A DNA stretch of 63,249 nucleotides, filler included, from Collodictyon triciliatum (taxonomy: Eukaryota): assembly GCA_043381765.1 (NCBI GenBank). It is 10 parts of 10 records of this genome, joined end to end, with 100 filler letters (N's around TTAATTAATTAA, not from the genome) between each part and the next. Parts side by side here need not be neighbours in the genome. Positions count along the whole stretch, not along the records: positions 57,025 to 63,249 come from JBHJMP010004629.1; 9 more parts are not named here. One strand, 5' to 3'. The position numbers and the translations under genes were made by a program. The notes under the pieces are model-generated. The model was not told the origin of the DNA and did not search any database. It saw nothing but the letters and a program-made list of their open reading frames with translations. Shown in pieces: positions 62,178 to 63,249 of the stretch (within the stretch, counting starts at the first letter, position 1; every line of letters begins with the position of its first letter).

Positions 62178-63249
62178 TTCATTTTTTTTTGGTTCGTTCC
62201 TCTCAAGAGGGCAGGGCTTCTAATAGTTTTCTTTTAAAGAAAAAGGAAAAGGAAAAAAAAAAAAGAAGAAGAAGAGAAAGCGTCCAAACTATAGGCATAG
62301 GAATAGGTGCTTCAGATTAAGCTCAAACCCATTTGATCTTCAGAACGAAAAGAGGCCGGCGTTGTCGATCGCGCCATACTCGATGGAATGAGCCAGTTGC
62401 AGCCCAAGCAGCCACGGACGCGGAAGGGATCGTCTCGGTCACTTCAAAAAAGATAATGAAAAATGACAATAACTGAGAAACAATGAGTAATGAAATGAAA
62501 AAAAAAAATGAAAAAAAAAGGCACAAAGTGGATATGAAAATGAAAATTAATGCTGAAAGAATAAGCAAATCATTTTATTAAATTGATAATGAGAAACGAG
62601 AATATTTTGATTTGAAGTAGGATGTATACATTGATGAAAAGCGCAAAAGCACGTAATTAAAATATATTCCATATTTGTATAAAGAGAATAAATGAGGAAT
62701 TTTCAAAGAAACTTTTAGTTACAATATTGGAAATTACAATATTAACGATTTTGCAACTAGTTTTTTTGTCATTTAATCAAATATATATGTGCAAAATTAA
62801 TCCAATTTATCGTTCCACAGAGAATTAGTTGGCCGGCGACGTTGCGGCGACAGTCAATTTCCCACCGAATCCAAACGGCATTGCGCGAATGTGACAACCG
62901 ACAAGCGCAACAAGCTGACCGGTGACAGATCACCAGCCGCAACGCGGCAAACGGAGATGAAGGCTCCTTGCGTTGGGACATAAAGCCTCAGGCACGATAA
63001 ACCTATCTATGCCACCATTGAATCGAATGAAGAGGAAAAAAAATATCATATGAATGACAGCTAACCACACCCATAAGCCGTTCAGTGGTAGCAGTGCCAG
63101 AAACCAAAAACCAAAAGCCAAAAGAAAAAGCCAAAAGAAAAAAGCCAAAAGAAAAAAGCCAAAAGAAAAAAAGAAAAAAAGAAAAAAAGAAAAAAAGAAA
63201 AAAAGAAAAAAAGAAAAAAAGAAAAAAAGAAAAAAAGAAAAAAAAAAAA

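Overview
Eukaryotic, AT-rich, intron-dense protist DNA in the standard genetic code. The gene set (Roco kinase, GSAP, TOM1-like, class III cyclase, a U12 intron) is compatible with Amoebozoa, but the taxon cannot be established from this sequence. The window is not one locus. It is ten contigs of about 6.2 kb joined by an artificial 100-bp spacer (N44-TTAATTAATTAA-N44): 1-6242, 6343-12581, 12682-18920, 19021-25262, 25363-31601, 31702-37937, 38038-44272, 44373-50599, 50700-56924, 57025-63249. Gene neighbourhood across spacers is therefore meaningless. Genes reconstructed by manual splicing: TOM1/GPR137-like protein, Ser/Pro-rich protein, claudin-like protein, an intronless internally duplicated membrane protein, TBC Rab-GAP with EF-hand, GSAP/pigeon homolog, a divergent kinesin with IQ motifs, an N-BAR-RasGAP, MOSPD1-like protein, a complete LRR-ROC-COR-kinase (Roco), two WD40 proteins with highly similar internal repeats, a WD40/FG-GAP pseudogene, a cyclase 3' end, a LINE relic and a coiled-coil protein with dynein-adaptor motifs. 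The strongest candidate for an undescribed system is an immune-like repeat-receptor repertoire. It comprises a signal-peptide-bearing WD40 protein whose near-identical repeats vary at HET-E-type ligand-face positions, a decayed WD40-stalk-FG-GAP paralog, an NLR-like pentapeptide-WD40-Sel1 protein, and a Roco with one-LRR-per-exon cassettes. Also notable are a textbook U12 AT-AC intron and several probable GC-AG introns. All family assignments rest on motifs recognised by eye; no searches were run.
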